64,000 nt of DNA from NCBI GenBank assembly GCA_965279525.1, contig CBDIIB010000002.1:256001-320000 (forward strand), given 5' to 3'. The notes beneath the pieces were generated by a model that saw only the letters and a list, made by a program, of their open reading frames with translations, searched no databases and was not told the origin of the DNA. Position 1 is the stretch's first letter; each line of letters starts with the position of its first letter. Made by a program: the position numbers and the translations under genes. This document shows, in pieces, positions 16,245-26,385 of this stretch. The stretch is from Tagaea sp. Lineage in GTDB: Bacteria > Pseudomonadota > Alphaproteobacteria > CACIAM-22H2.

Positions 16245-19200
16245 ATGCGCCCCCATCTTCTGGATACCCTCAAGGACCGCGTGCTGCTGTGCGACGGCGG
16301 AACCGGCAGCCGCGTCCAGGCGATGACGCTCGACGTCGAGCGGGACTACTGGGGCAAGGAGAACTGCACCGAGGTGCTCGTGCTCTCGCGGCCCGACCTC
16401 GTGCGCTCGATCGCGCGTTCGTACCTGGAAGCCGGCTCCGACATCGTTCAGACCAACACGTTCGGCGGCTCGCCGATCACGCTCGACGAGTTCGACCTCG
16501 GCGACAAGACGCACGAGATCAACAAGCTCGCCGTCGAGTATGCGCGCGAAGAGGCGGAAGCGTTCGCGAAGAAGGACGGCAATCCGCGCTTCGTGCTGGG
16601 TTCCATCGGGCCGGGCACCAAGCTGCCGACGCTCGGCCATATCGACTACCAGTCCCTCGAGGACGCGCTCTATGTGCAGGCCCGCGGCCTGGTCGACGGC
16701 GGGTGCGACGGCATCCTGATCGAGACTTGCCAGGATCCCCTGCAGATCAAGGCCGCGATCAACGGCTCGAAGCGCGCGCGCCTCGAATACGGCCGCGACG
16801 TGCCGCTGATGGTGCAGGTGACGGTCGAGACGACCGGCACGCTGCTCGTGGGTGCCGACATCGCCGCCGCCGCGACCGTCATCCACGCGATGGACGTGCA
16901 TTCGATCGGGCTCAATTGCGCGACGGGCCCGCAGGAGATGGCCGAACACGTCAAGTGGATCGCCGAGAACTGGACCGGCACGATCACCGTGCAGCCCAAT
17001 GCCGGCCTGCCCGAGCTGGTCGACGGCAAGACGCACTATCCGCTTGCCCCCGACGCGATGGCCAAGTGGATCGAGCGCTTCGTCGCCGAGGACGGCATCA
17101 ACATCGTCGGTGGCTGCTGCGGCACCGACATCGGCCACATCGCGGCCCTGGACGCCATGCTGCGCCGGCGTGCCGACGGCGGACGCCATCGCCCCGCGCC
17201 CAAGGCACGCAAGTCGGTCTGGGTCCCGTCGGTCGCCTCGCTCTACCACCAGGTGCCGCTGCGCCAGGAGAACGCGTATTTCTCGATCGGCGAGCGCTGC
17301 AACGCCAACGGCTCGCGCGCATGGCGCAAGTTCCAGGAAGAGGGCAACTGGGAAGGCTGCCTCGACATGGCGCGCGAACAGGTGCGCGAAGGCTCCAACG
17401 CGCTCGACATCTGCACCGCCTTCGTCGGTCGCGACGAGGTCAAGGAAATGGGCGAGGTCGTCAGCCGCTTCCGCGGCTCGGTGACGGCACCGCTGGTCGT
17501 CGATTCGACCGAGCTGATCGTGCTGGAAAGTGCCCTCAAGCTCTATGGCGGCAAGGCGATCCTCAACTCGATCAACTTCGAGGACGGCGAGGAGCCGGCC
17601 GAGAAGCGCATGGAACTGGCGCGCCGGTTCGGCACGGCCGTCATCGCGCTGACGATCGACGAGACCGGCATGGCCAAGGACATGAAGACCAAGCTCGCCA
17701 TCGCGCACCGCCTGCGCGATTTCGCGTGCGGGCGCTTCGGCCTGCCCGAGTCCGACCTGATGATCGATCCGCTGACCTTCACGGTCGCGACCGGCAGCGA
17801 GGACGATCGCCGGCTTGCCGTCGAAACGCTCGACGGCATCGAGGCGATCGCGCGCGAGCTGCCCGCCTGCCAGATCGTTCTGGGCCTGTCGAACGTGTCG
17901 TTCGGGCTCAACCCGCCGGCCCGTCACGTGCTCAATTCCGTGTTCCTCGACCATGCGGTCAAGCGCGGCATGACCGGTGCGATCGTGCACCACTCGAAGA
18001 TCATGCCGCTTCACAAGATCCCCGAGGAAGAGACGAAAGTCGCCGAGGACCTGATCTATGACCGCCGGCGCGAAGGTTACGACCCGCTGCAGGCGTTCAT
18101 CGCGCTTTTCGAGAACCGCAAGGGCGAAGCCAAGGTCGCGCGCAAGCGCCACGAGGCGGTCGAGGACCGGCTCAAGCAGCGCATCGTCGACGGCGACAAG
18201 CCCGGGCTCGAGGACGATCTGGCGCTGGCCATGCAGAGCCACAAGCCGCTCGACATCATCAACACCTTCCTGCTCGACGGCATGAAGGTGGTGGGCGAGC
18301 TGTTCGGTTCGGGCAAGATGCAGCTCCCCTTCGTGCTGCAGTCGGCCGAGACGATGAAGGCGGCCGTCGCCTATCTCGAGAAGTTCATGGAGCGCGTCGA
18401 GGGCCAGCAGAAGGGCACGATCGTGCTCGCCACGGTCAAGGGCGACGTGCACGACATCGGCAAGAACCTCGTCGACATCATCCTCACCAACAACGGCTAC
18501 AAGGTCGTCAATCTCGGCATCAAGCAGCCCATCGCCAACATCGTGTCGGCGGCCAAGACGCATAAGGCCGACTGCATCGGCATGTCGGGCCTGCTCGTGA
18601 AGTCGACGGTCGTGATGCGCGAGAATCTCGAAGAGATGACGCGCGAGGGGCTCGACGTGCCGGTCCTGCTGGGCGGTGCCGCACTCACGCGCAAATACGT
18701 CGAGGAAGACTGCGTGGCCGCCTACGGGGCGGGGCGCGTGGCCTATGCGTCCGACGCGTTCGACGGGCTTGACCTCATGGACAAGGTCGTCACGCACCAG
18801 ATCGACGGGCACTTGAAGACCATCCAGACCAAGCGCGCCGGCCGGCCGTCGAACACGACGCGCAAGCTGGGCGAGGCTGCCGACGCGCGCCCGATGCGGC
18901 CTGTCGATGTCGAGGAACTGAAGCTGCGCCGTGCGGAACTTGCCGCCAAGGCGCCGATCCCCGCACCGCCGTTCTGGGGCCCGCGCACGCTCGACCATGT
19001 GCCGGTCAAGACGCTGATCCCGTATCTCAACGAGCGGATGCTCTACCAGTTCCAGTGGGGCTTCCGGAAGGCGGGCAAGAGTCTCGAGGAATACAAGGCG
19101 TGGGCCGCACTCGAACTCAAGCCCATCCTCAAGCGCATGCTCGACCTGGTCGAAGCCGACGCGATCTTGAAGCCGCAGGCGGTCTACGGCTACTGGCGCT

Positions 19201-19748
19201 GCTATTCCGAGGGCGACAGCGTCGTGCTTGTCGACGAGGGCGGCACGAAGGAAGTGGCGCGCTTCGCCTTTCCGCGACAGGGGCGCGAGGGCGGCCTTTG
19301 CATCGCCGACTTCTTCCGCGACCGCACGGCCAACGAGCTCGACGTGATCGGCCTGCAGGTCGTCACGGTCGGCCAGCGCGCGTCCGACGTGGCGCGCGAA
19401 TGGTTCGCCGAGAACCGCTACCAGGACTATCTCTATCTGCACGGGTTGGGCGTGGAACTGGCCGAAGCGCTGGCCGAATACGTCCACAAGCGTATCCGTG
19501 CGGAACTCGGCTTTGCCGGCGAGGACGATCGCGACATCGACAAGATGCTGCAGCAGGGCTATCGCGGCTCGCGCTACTCGTTCGGCTATCCGGCGTGCCC
19601 GAACCTCGCCGACCAGGAGCAGATACTGAAGCTGCTCGAAGCACCGAAGATCGGCATCTCGCTGTCCGACGAATGGCAGCTCCATCCCGAGCAGAGCACG
19701 TCGGCCATCGTGCTCCACCATCCGCAGGCGAAGTACTTCAGCGTGTGA
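16245..19748 (+). CDS. metH: Cobalamin-dependent methionine synthase
   Basis: LCDGGTG, GLNCATGP, GGCCGT, IGERCNANGS, B12-binding TVKGDVHDIGKN, RYSFGYPACP, HPEQSTSA. Confidence 0.97.
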   Translation: MRPHLLDTLKDRVLLCDGGTGSRVQAMTLDVERDYWGKENCTEVLVLSRPDLVRSIARSYLEAGSDIVQTNTFGGSPITLDEFDLGDKTHEINKLAVEYAREEAEAFAKKDGNPRFVLGSIGPGTKLPTLGHIDYQSLEDALYVQARGLVDGGCDGILIETCQDPLQIKAAINGSKRARLEYGRDVPLMVQVTVETTGTLLVGADIAAAATVIHAMDVHSIGLNCATGPQEMAEHVKWIAENWTGTITVQPNAGLPELVDGKTHYPLAPDAMAKWIERFVAEDGINIVGGCCGTDIGHIAALDAMLRRRADGGRHRPAPKARKSVWVPSVASLYHQVPLRQENAYFSIGERCNANGSRAWRKFQEEGNWEGCLDMAREQVREGSNALDICTAFVGRDEVKEMGEVVSRFRGSVTAPLVVDSTELIVLESALKLYGGKAILNSINFEDGEEPAEKRMELARRFGTAVIALTIDETGMAKDMKTKLAIAHRLRDFACGRFGLPESDLMIDPLTFTVATGSEDDRRLAVETLDGIEAIARELPACQIVLGLSNVSFGLNPPARHVLNSVFLDHAVKRGMTGAIVHHSKIMPLHKIPEEETKVAEDLIYDRRREGYDPLQAFIALFENRKGEAKVARKRHEAVEDRLKQRIVDGDKPGLEDDLALAMQSHKPLDIINTFLLDGMKVVGELFGSGKMQLPFVLQSAETMKAAVAYLEKFMERVEGQQKGTIVLATVKGDVHDIGKNLVDIILTNNGYKVVNLGIKQPIANIVSAAKTHKADCIGMSGLLVKSTVVMRENLEEMTREGLDVPVLLGGAALTRKYVEEDCVAAYGAGRVAYASDAFDGLDLMDKVVTHQIDGHLKTIQTKRAGRPSNTTRKLGEAADARPMRPVDVEELKLRRAELAAKAPIPAPPFWGPRTLDHVPVKTLIPYLNERMLYQFQWGFRKAGKSLEEYKAWAALELKPILKRMLDLVEADAILKPQAVYGYWRCYSEGDSVVLVDEGGTKEVARFAFPRQGREGGLCIADFFRDRTANELDVIGLQVVTVGQRASDVAREWFAENRYQDYLYLHGLGVELAEALAEYVHKRIRAELGFAGEDDRDIDKMLQQGYRGSRYSFGYPACPNLADQEQILKLLEAPKIGISLSDEWQLHPEQSTSAIVLHHPQAKYFSV

Positions 19749-20688
19749 CGCGTGCCCGCCTGTAGAGCGGCCCGAGCAGGGCCGGGATCATGTAGATCGG
19801 GAACTGCAGGCAGGTGAAGAACAGGAAAAGATCGGACTGCGTGGGCACGCCCATGGCGCCGATCAGCAGCGCGAAGTTGCGGTTGCCGGCGGCAAGCGAC
19901 GCGGCCAGCGTCTGTCCGCGCGTCAGGCCGGACAGGCGTTCGAGCGGGACCAGCAGCAATGCGGCAAGTCCCTGCAGGCCGAAATTGGTCGCGAACGCGG
20001 CTGCCATGTAGAGGGCGACCTGCGACGGTGTTTCGCGCAGCCGGTCGGCCAGCCCGTCGACGGCACCGAAGCCGAACAGCACGAGCACCAGCACGCCGAT
20101 CCCGCCGATCGCCCCGTCGTAGCGGCGCACGGCCGCTTCGCCCAGCATCCGGCGGACGAGCCATGCGGCGGCGAAGGCGCCGCCGACCAAGGCGGCAAGC
20201 CGCATCATCAGGGCGCCGGCACCGATCTCGATGTCGATGCCGAGAAGCCAGGCCGCCAGCGGCGGCTGCACGACCGGCAGGGCCAGGCACGTCGCGACGA
20301 GCAGGACCAGCGCCAGCCGCGCGTCGAGGCCCAGCATCAACGCATATGCCGTGACCGACACGAGCATCGGCGCGGTCGCGAACAGCGGAATGGCGATGCG
20401 CAGCGCCTCGGGCAGCGGGACGAGCGACACCACCCATGCCGTCAGCACCGGCATCGCGACCATCAGCAGGAATGTCAGCAGCACGACCGGCAGGGGCCGG
20501 CGCAGCGGCTCGGCCAGCCGCGTCCAGTCCATCCGCAGGATCGCCGAAGCAAGCAGGAACGTGACGGCGGGGACGAGGACGGGCCGCGCCATGGCGGCAA
20601 GATCGGGAAGCGCTATGCCGACGAACAGGCAGAGCGCCAGGACCGTTGAGGCACGCGCGTTGAGGAATTCGAGGAAGCGGACCGGCAT
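19738..20688 (-). CDS. Bile acid:sodium symporter (SBF/BASS)-like membrane protein
   Basis: About 10 hydrophobic segments; ATAPMLVS..AYALMLGLD, AAGNRNFAL, LQFPIY. Confidence 0.7.
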   Translation of the reverse strand: MPVRFLEFLNARASTVLALCLFVGIALPDLAAMARPVLVPAVTFLLASAILRMDWTRLAEPLRRPLPVVLLTFLLMVAMPVLTAWVVSLVPLPEALRIAIPLFATAPMLVSVTAYALMLGLDARLALVLLVATCLALPVVQPPLAAWLLGIDIEIGAGALMMRLAALVGGAFAAAWLVRRMLGEAAVRRYDGAIGGIGVLVLVLFGFGAVDGLADRLRETPSQVALYMAAAFATNFGLQGLAALLLVPLERLSGLTRGQTLAASLAAGNRNFALLIGAMGVPTQSDLFLFFTCLQFPIYMIPALLGPLYRRARVTR

Positions 20689-20751
20689 CGCCGGCCGACG
20701 ATAGCATGCCGATGTTGCGCGTGCCGTGGGTTGCGCTAGGGTGCGCGCCGC

Positions 20752-21267
20752 ATGATCGACGCTTCGAAATTTCCCGCCCCGTTCGACCGCCATGTCGAGC
20801 CCGTGCGGCCCGAATGGATCGACTATAACGGCCACATGAACGTCGCCTATTACGTGCTCGCGTTCGACAACGCGACCGACACGTTCTTCGAGGCGATGGA
20901 TTTCGGCGAGGCTTGGCGCCGCCGGTCGGGCCGGTCGTTCTTCGCGGTCGAAGGGCATATCCGCTATCTGGGCGAACTCCGGCCCGGCGAGCAGCTGGCG
21001 GTCGAGACCGTGCTGCTCGCGGCCGACGCCAAGCGCATCCACTATTTCCACACGATGCGCAACGCGGCGACCGGCACGATCGCCGCGACGGTCGAGTTCC
21101 TGTCGCTGCATGTCGACATGGCCGGGCGCCGGTCGGTGCCGTTCGCACCCGAAGACCGGGTGCGAATCGACGGATTTGCCCGCGCACACGCCGGTCTGGC
21201 CCGTCCCGAGGCCGCCGGGCGCCAGGTTTCAATGCCGCCCTTGCGCGGAGACGGGGCGAACGGCTAG
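20752..21267 (+). CDS. Hot-dog-fold acyl-CoA thioesterase (4HBT-like)
   Basis: VRPEWIDYNGHMNVAYY, FAVEGHIRYLGEL, DAKRIH. Confidence 0.88.
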   Translation: MIDASKFPAPFDRHVEPVRPEWIDYNGHMNVAYYVLAFDNATDTFFEAMDFGEAWRRRSGRSFFAVEGHIRYLGELRPGEQLAVETVLLAADAKRIHYFHTMRNAATGTIAATVEFLSLHVDMAGRRSVPFAPEDRVRIDGFARAHAGLARPEAAGRQVSMPPLRGDGANG

Positions 21268-21299
21268 GAATTCAGGGTCCGTTTCCCGGGGGCTACCGC

Positions 21300-21482
21300 A
21301 TGATCGACCAGACCACGACACTCGAACCATCGGCGCAGGTCCGCGCGCGCGCCGTCACGGCCGCCCTCGTCGCGATGGCGTTCGGCGCCTTCGTCGTCGC
21401 GGCCGTCGGCTTTGCCGGTGCGATGGAAATCCACAATGCGGCGCACGATTCGCGCCACAGCTTCGCTTTCCCCTGCCACTGA
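21300..21482 (+). CDS. cbtB: Cobalt transporter subunit CbtB
   Basis: 60 aa, one TM, C-terminal HNAAHDSRHSFAFPCH signature. Confidence 0.9.
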   Translation: MIDQTTTLEPSAQVRARAVTAALVAMAFGAFVVAAVGFAGAMEIHNAAHDSRHSFAFPCH

Positions 21483-21497
21483 GCGGGAGGCCCTGAA

Positions 21498-22196
21498 ATG
21501 GTTTCGCGTCTCCTCTGGGTCGGCCTGCTGGCCGGTCTCGTTGCCGGCCTTCTCGCCGCGGCCGTGCAGTCCGTCGGCGTCTGGCCGCTGATCGCGCAGG
21601 CCGAGACGTTCGAAGTTCTCGAAGCCGCCGCCGAAGAAGAAGCCTGGTCGCCCGAGGGCATGGCGCGTGCCGGCTGGTCGGTCGTCTTCAACATCCTTGC
21701 CGGTGTGGGTTTCGGCCTGTTGGCAAACGGCGCCCTGCTGATCCTGCGCAGCGTGCGCGCCACGCGGCTCGACTGGCGCGTCGGCGCACTGGTCGGCCTG
21801 TTCGGCTTCCTGACATTCTCGTTCGCACCGGCGATGGGGCTCGCGCCGGCGCTGCCCGGCATGGCCGAAGGCGACATCTTCGCCCGCCAGGTCTGGTGGC
21901 TGGCCACGGCGGCGGCGACGCTGAGCGGGATCGTGCTTGCCGTGCTCGGCCGGCGCACGACCGACTGGCTCCTCGGCGTGGCGCTGGTCGCGGCCCCCCA
22001 CCTGTTCGGCGCACCCGGCGAAGCGCATGGCCTGATCGGCCTGCTCGCGCAGTCGGGCACGCTGGGCGAAGGCGGGCTGCCGGCAGCCCTTGCCCAGCAG
22101 TTCGCGCTTGCCTCGCTGGGTGCCGCGGCCGCGTTCTGGATCGTGCTGGGTCTCGCGTCGGCCTGGCTGCAGCGCCGGTTCATCAGCCTCGTCTGA
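21498..22196 (+). CDS. cbtA: Cobalt transporter subunit CbtA
   Basis: PLIAQAETFE, WSPEG, APAMGLAPALPGM, RQVWWLAT, APHLFGAP; follows cbtB. Confidence 0.9.
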   Translation: MVSRLLWVGLLAGLVAGLLAAAVQSVGVWPLIAQAETFEVLEAAAEEEAWSPEGMARAGWSVVFNILAGVGFGLLANGALLILRSVRATRLDWRVGALVGLFGFLTFSFAPAMGLAPALPGMAEGDIFARQVWWLATAAATLSGIVLAVLGRRTTDWLLGVALVAAPHLFGAPGEAHGLIGLLAQSGTLGEGGLPAALAQQFALASLGAAAAFWIVLGLASAWLQRRFISLV

Positions 22197-22205
22197 CCGG
22201 ACGTT

Positions 22206-23198
22206 CTAAAGCGACGACCTGAGCTTCAAATGCGTCCGCCGGTCGGCGGACGGCACGGCCATCTTCTTGACGTTGCCGTCCTGCAGCAGGTCGAATTCCA
22301 GCGTCGTGCCGGCCGGCCCTTGCGCCCATAGCGCGCGGAACAGCTCGTCGAGCGTGTCGGGCTGCGCGCCCTTGACCGAGACGACCACGTCGCCGCGCTT
22401 GATGCCCGCCTTCTCGGCCGGGCTTTCGGGCGTCACGCGCACGACGAACAGCCGGCCACGAACCGCTTCGACCGTCATGCCCAGCCACGGGCGCACCGGT
22501 CCGGACGATTTTCCGTCGTCGATCAGGTCGGCGAGGATCGGGGCGAGCATGTCGATCGGCACGAAGACGTTGCCCGGCAGCGGCGTTTCGCCGCCACCCG
22601 CGTTGTTGACGATCAGGGAACCGACACCGACCAGCTTGCCGTCGGTGTCGAGAAGGGCGGCCCCGCTCCACGCCGGATGCGGCGGGCTCGTCCAGATCGC
22701 CTGTTCGAGCATGTACTCCCAGTTGCCGGCGAAAGTGCGCCTGGACACGACGAAGGCCGGGGTGGCGGCTTCCGCACCGCCGAAGGCCGCAATCACGACC
22801 GGATCGCGCGCCTTGACGTCGGACGACCGGCCCAGGGCGAGCGGCTTCACGCCGCGCGGCGCTTCGGCCGCGCGCATCAGGCCAAGGCCAGTGTCATGGT
22901 CGTAGCCGACCACCTGGGCCAGCACCGTGCGGCCATCGGGGAAGCGCACCTCGCCGCCCGACGCCTCGACCATCAGGTAGCCGATGGTCAACAGCAGACC
23001 CGTCCCGTCGATCAGGATGGCCGTGCCCTCGCGTTCGCGCCCGAGCGTGGCGGCCGTGCGCGCTTCGGCCGGCACGAAGGTCTTGAGGCGCATGACCGCA
23101 CCGAACGTGCCGTCGAGCGTGGATGTCTGGGCCAAGGCCGGGAACGGCACCATAAGGAGTGCGAACAGGACGGCGAGCGGACGCAGGGCGAAGCGCAT
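22206..23198 (-). CDS. Exported S1C (HtrA-like) trypsin-fold + PDZ protein with altered catalytic residues
   Basis: Signal peptide; GTAILID..GLLLTIGYL, GYDHDTGLGL, HPAWSGAALLD..GKLVGVG, RPWLG, PESPAEKAGIKRGD (PDZ). Confidence 0.85.
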   Translation of the reverse strand: MRFALRPLAVLFALLMVPFPALAQTSTLDGTFGAVMRLKTFVPAEARTAATLGREREGTAILIDGTGLLLTIGYLMVEASGGEVRFPDGRTVLAQVVGYDHDTGLGLMRAAEAPRGVKPLALGRSSDVKARDPVVIAAFGGAEAATPAFVVSRRTFAGNWEYMLEQAIWTSPPHPAWSGAALLDTDGKLVGVGSLIVNNAGGGETPLPGNVFVPIDMLAPILADLIDDGKSSGPVRPWLGMTVEAVRGRLFVVRVTPESPAEKAGIKRGDVVVSVKGAQPDTLDELFRALWAQGPAGTTLEFDLLQDGNVKKMAVPSADRRTHLKLRSSL

Positions 23199-23311
23199 GT
23201 CGGCCTCCCGGATCGGCATCGCGGGGCCGGGTCGGCCCCGCCTGCGATGACATGCATTGTCCATGCCCGGGCGGGTTTCGCCAAGGGCCTTGCATGCTAT
23301 ACAGCGCGCGG

Positions 23312-25516
23312 ATGGAGACCTTGCCCGAATCGGCCGCGCTGCCGGCCTATCTTCGCAACCTCAATCCGCCGCAGCTGGATGCCGTCACCTCGACCGAGGG
23401 ACCGCTCCTGGTGCTGGCGGGGGCGGGGACGGGCAAGACGCGCGTGCTGATCACGCGCGTGTGCCATTTGATGGTCACGCGCAAGGCCTTCGCCAACCAG
23501 ATCCTCGCCGTCACCTTCACCAACAAGGCGGCGGCCGAGATGCGCAGCCGCATCGCCGCCATCGTCGGCGATTCCGTCGAGGCGATGTGGCTGGGCACGT
23601 TCCATTCGCTCGCGGCCCGCATCCTGCGCCGGCACGCCGAGCATGTGGGCCTCAAGCCCAACTTCACGATCCTCGACCAGGACGACCAGATCCGGCTGAT
23701 CAAGCAGCTGCTTGCGGCCGAGAACATCGACGACAAGAAATGGCCAGCGCGCGTCGTGCATTCGGTTATCGAGCGCTGGAAGGACCGCGGCCTGACGCCC
23801 GACAAGGTCGGCACCGATCCGTCGGCCGAGGTCGCGGGCGGGCGTGCCGTCGAGCTCTACGCGATGTACCAGGCGCGGCTCCAGACGCTCAACGCGTGCG
23901 ATTTCGGCGATCTGCTGCTGCACAACCTGACGCTCTTCCAGTCGCGTCCCGACGTGCTGGCCGAGTACCACAAGCGCTTCCGCTACATGTTGGTCGACGA
24001 ATACCAGGACACCAACGTTTCCCAGTACATGTGGCTGCGCATCCTCGCCCAGCAGTCGCGCAACCTTTGCTGCGTGGGCGACGACGACCAGTCGATCTAT
24101 GGCTGGCGCGGGGCCGAGGTCGGCAACATCCTGCGCTTCGAGAAGGATTTCCCCGGCGCCAAGATCGTGCGCCTCGAACAGAACTACCGCTCCAGCGAGC
24201 ATATCCTGGCCGCGGCCTCCGGCCTCATCGCGCACAACCGCGCGCGGCTGGGCAAGACGCTGTGGACGGCCGAGGCGGGCGGCGAGCGCGTGACGGTGCG
24301 GCCCGTCTGGGACGGCGAGCAGGAGGCGAACTTCGTCGCCGACGAGATCGAGACCCTCCAGCGTGCGGGCGAGAAGCTCGGCGACATCGCCATCCTCGTG
24401 CGCGCGGGGTTCCAGACGCGCGAGTTCGAGGAACGCTTCATCACGCTTGGGCATCCCCTACCGGGTGATCGGCGGCCCGCGTTTCTACGAGCGCGAGGAG
24501 ATCCGCGACGCGATCGCCTATTTCCGCGTCATCGTGCAGCCCGAGGACGATCTCGCCTTCGAGCGCATCATCAACAAGCCGCGCCGCGGCATCGGCGACA
24601 CGACGGTCCAGCTCCTCCAGCGGCTTGCCCGCGCGCGCCGCCATGCCGCTGCTGGCCGCCGCCGAAGACGCTCGTGACGACGGACGAGCTCAAGCCCGCC
24701 GCGCGCAACGCGGTGCGCCGCGTGGTCGAGGATTTCGCGCGCTGGCGCGCGCAGGTCGAGCGCGCGCACCATGCCGAGCTTGCCGCGACGGTGCTCGACG
24801 AGAGCGGCTATACGCGCATGTGGCAGATGGACAAGTCGCCCGAGAAGGAAGGCAAGCTCGAGAATCTCAAGGAACTCGTCGCCGCACTCGAGGAATACGA
24901 CGACCTGCCCGCATTCCTCGAGCATGTCAGCCTCGTGATGGAAAACGCGGAAGCCGCACCTTCGGACATGACCAGCCTGATGACGCTGCATGCCGCCAAG
25001 GGCCTCGAATTCGGCACGGTGTTCCTGCCGGGCTGGGAGGAAGGGCTGTTCCCCCATCCGCGCGCGCTCGACGAGAAGGGCGAGGGCGGGCTGGAAGAGG
25101 AGCGGCGGCTCGCGCATGTCGGCCTGACGCGCGCGCGCCGGCGCGCTTTCGTCACGTTCGCGGCCAACCGGCGCATCCACGGCATGTGGCAGTCGAGCGT
25201 GCCGTCAAGGTTTGTCGCCGAACTCCCGCCCGAGCGCGTCGACGTCAAGAGCGAGCCCGGCCTGTGGGGCGACGGGCCGCAATTCGCGGCCGAGCCGTCG
25301 CGCGGCTTCGGTTTCGGCAGCCGGCGTTCGCCGGTGATCGAGGGGCGTGCGACCGAGATCGGAGGGCGCAAGTCGGACCTCGCACCCGGCATGCGCGTGT
25401 TCCACCAGAAATTCGGCTATGGCCGCGTCGTCGCCGCCGAAAGCGGCAAGCTCGAAGTCGAGTTCGAGCACAGCGGCCTGAAGCACGTCATGGAAAGCTT
25501 CGTGGAGAAAGCATGA
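23312..25516 (+). CDS. uvrD: ATP-dependent DNA helicase UvrD/PcrA (three compensating +1 shifts between about 24449 and 24665 as assembled)
   Basis: [68 protein letters not shown]; the missing internal segment is present in alternative frames. Confidence 0.93.
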   Translation: METLPESAALPAYLRNLNPPQLDAVTSTEGPLLVLAGAGTGKTRVLITRVCHLMVTRKAFANQILAVTFTNKAAAEMRSRIAAIVGDSVEAMWLGTFHSLAARILRRHAEHVGLKPNFTILDQDDQIRLIKQLLAAENIDDKKWPARVVHSVIERWKDRGLTPDKVGTDPSAEVAGGRAVELYAMYQARLQTLNACDFGDLLLHNLTLFQSRPDVLAEYHKRFRYMLVDEYQDTNVSQYMWLRILAQQSRNLCCVGDDDQSIYGWRGAEVGNILRFEKDFPGAKIVRLEQNYRSSEHILAAASGLIAHNRARLGKTLWTAEAGGERVTVRPVWDGEQEANFVADEIETLQRAGEKLGDIAILVRAGFQTREFEERFITLGHPLPGDRRPAFLRARGDPRRDRLFPRHRAARGRSRLRAHHQQAAPRHRRHDGPAPPAACPRAPPCRCWPPPKTLVTTDELKPAARNAVRRVVEDFARWRAQVERAHHAELAATVLDESGYTRMWQMDKSPEKEGKLENLKELVAALEEYDDLPAFLEHVSLVMENAEAAPSDMTSLMTLHAAKGLEFGTVFLPGWEEGLFPHPRALDEKGEGGLEEERRLAHVGLTRARRRAFVTFAANRRIHGMWQSSVPSRFVAELPPERVDVKSEPGLWGDGPQFAAEPSRGFGFGSRRSPVIEGRATEIGGRKSDLAPGMRVFHQKFGYGRVVAAESGKLEVEFEHSGLKHVMESFVEKA

Positions 25517-26385
25517 GCACGATCTGGCGTCTCGTCTTCCAGGCCGACGCGGTCAGCCAGGCCGCCTATGTTCAGGCGATCGAGGAGGAGGCGGGAGCAC
25601 TCACCGCCTTCGAGACGTCGCCGAACGGGCCGTGGCTCGTCGAGGCGTTCTTCGATGCCAAGCCCGAGCTTGGCCGGCTGGCACCGATGATCTTCGCCGC
25701 CGCCAAGTCGCTCGGCCGGCCGGTGCCCGTTCTCGAGGTGCAGGAGATCCCCGAGCGCGATTGGCTGGCCGAGAACCGTGCCTCGTTTCCGCCACTGTCG
25801 ATCGGGCGGTTCTACGTTTATGGCAGCCATGTCGACCGTGCCGTGCCCGCCGGCTGCTGGCCCATCGCCCTCGACGCGTCGATCGCGTTCGGCTCGGGCG
25901 AGCACGCGACGACCAAGGGGTGCCTGACGGCCATCGGCACGTTGGCCCGGCGCCGGCGGTTCGCGCGCGTGCTCGATCTGGGGGCCGGCTCCGGAATCCT
26001 GTCGATCGGGGCGGCGCGCGCGAAGCCCTGTCGGGTGCTTGCCTCGGACATCGACGCGGACTCGGTCGGCCTCGCACGCCAGAACATGCGCGACAACGGG
26101 CTCGCGGACCGCGTGCGTGTCGTCCACTCGGCCGGGTTCGCGAAGCTGGGTGCGACGCGCGCGCGCTTCGATCTGGTGCTTGCCAACATCCTCGCCCGCC
26201 CGCTCACGCAGCTCGCGACTTCGCTTTCGCGCGCGGTGAAGCCCGGCGGCACGCTCGTGCTGTCGGGGCTGCTCGCCGACCAGGAAGCCTGGGTGAAGGG
26301 GGCCTATCTCGCCCGGCGCCTGGCGTTCCGCGGGCGCATCGCGACGGCCGGCTGGCACACTTTGGTGTTCCGCAAGCCGGCCTAG
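25513..26385 (+). CDS. prmA: Ribosomal protein L11 methyltransferase
   Basis: ATGA overlap with uvrD; ERDWLAEN, LDASIAFGSGEHATT, VLDLGAGSGILSI, DLVLANILARPL, LVLSGLL. Confidence 0.92.
   Translation: MSTIWRLVFQADAVSQAAYVQAIEEEAGALTAFETSPNGPWLVEAFFDAKPELGRLAPMIFAAAKSLGRPVPVLEVQEIPERDWLAENRASFPPLSIGRFYVYGSHVDRAVPAGCWPIALDASIAFGSGEHATTKGCLTAIGTLARRRRFARVLDLGAGSGILSIGAARAKPCRVLASDIDADSVGLARQNMRDNGLADRVRVVHSAGFAKLGATRARFDLVLANILARPLTQLATSLSRAVKPGGTLVLSGLLADQEAWVKGAYLARRLAFRGRIATAGWHTLVFRKPA

Noticed and set aside
16197-19721. Very long antisense or alternative-frame ORFs (1174 aa opposite metH; also 2222-4633, 5241-8174, 37032-39320, 46159-49035)
   Set aside because: Shadow ORFs expected in high-GC DNA with strong codon bias; low-complexity Arg/Ala-rich translations with no motifs, fully overlapping well-supported genes
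24625-25512. 586-aa ORF suggesting an extended PrmA
   Set aside because: It overlaps uvrD out of frame; PrmA starts at the ATGA overlap at 25513
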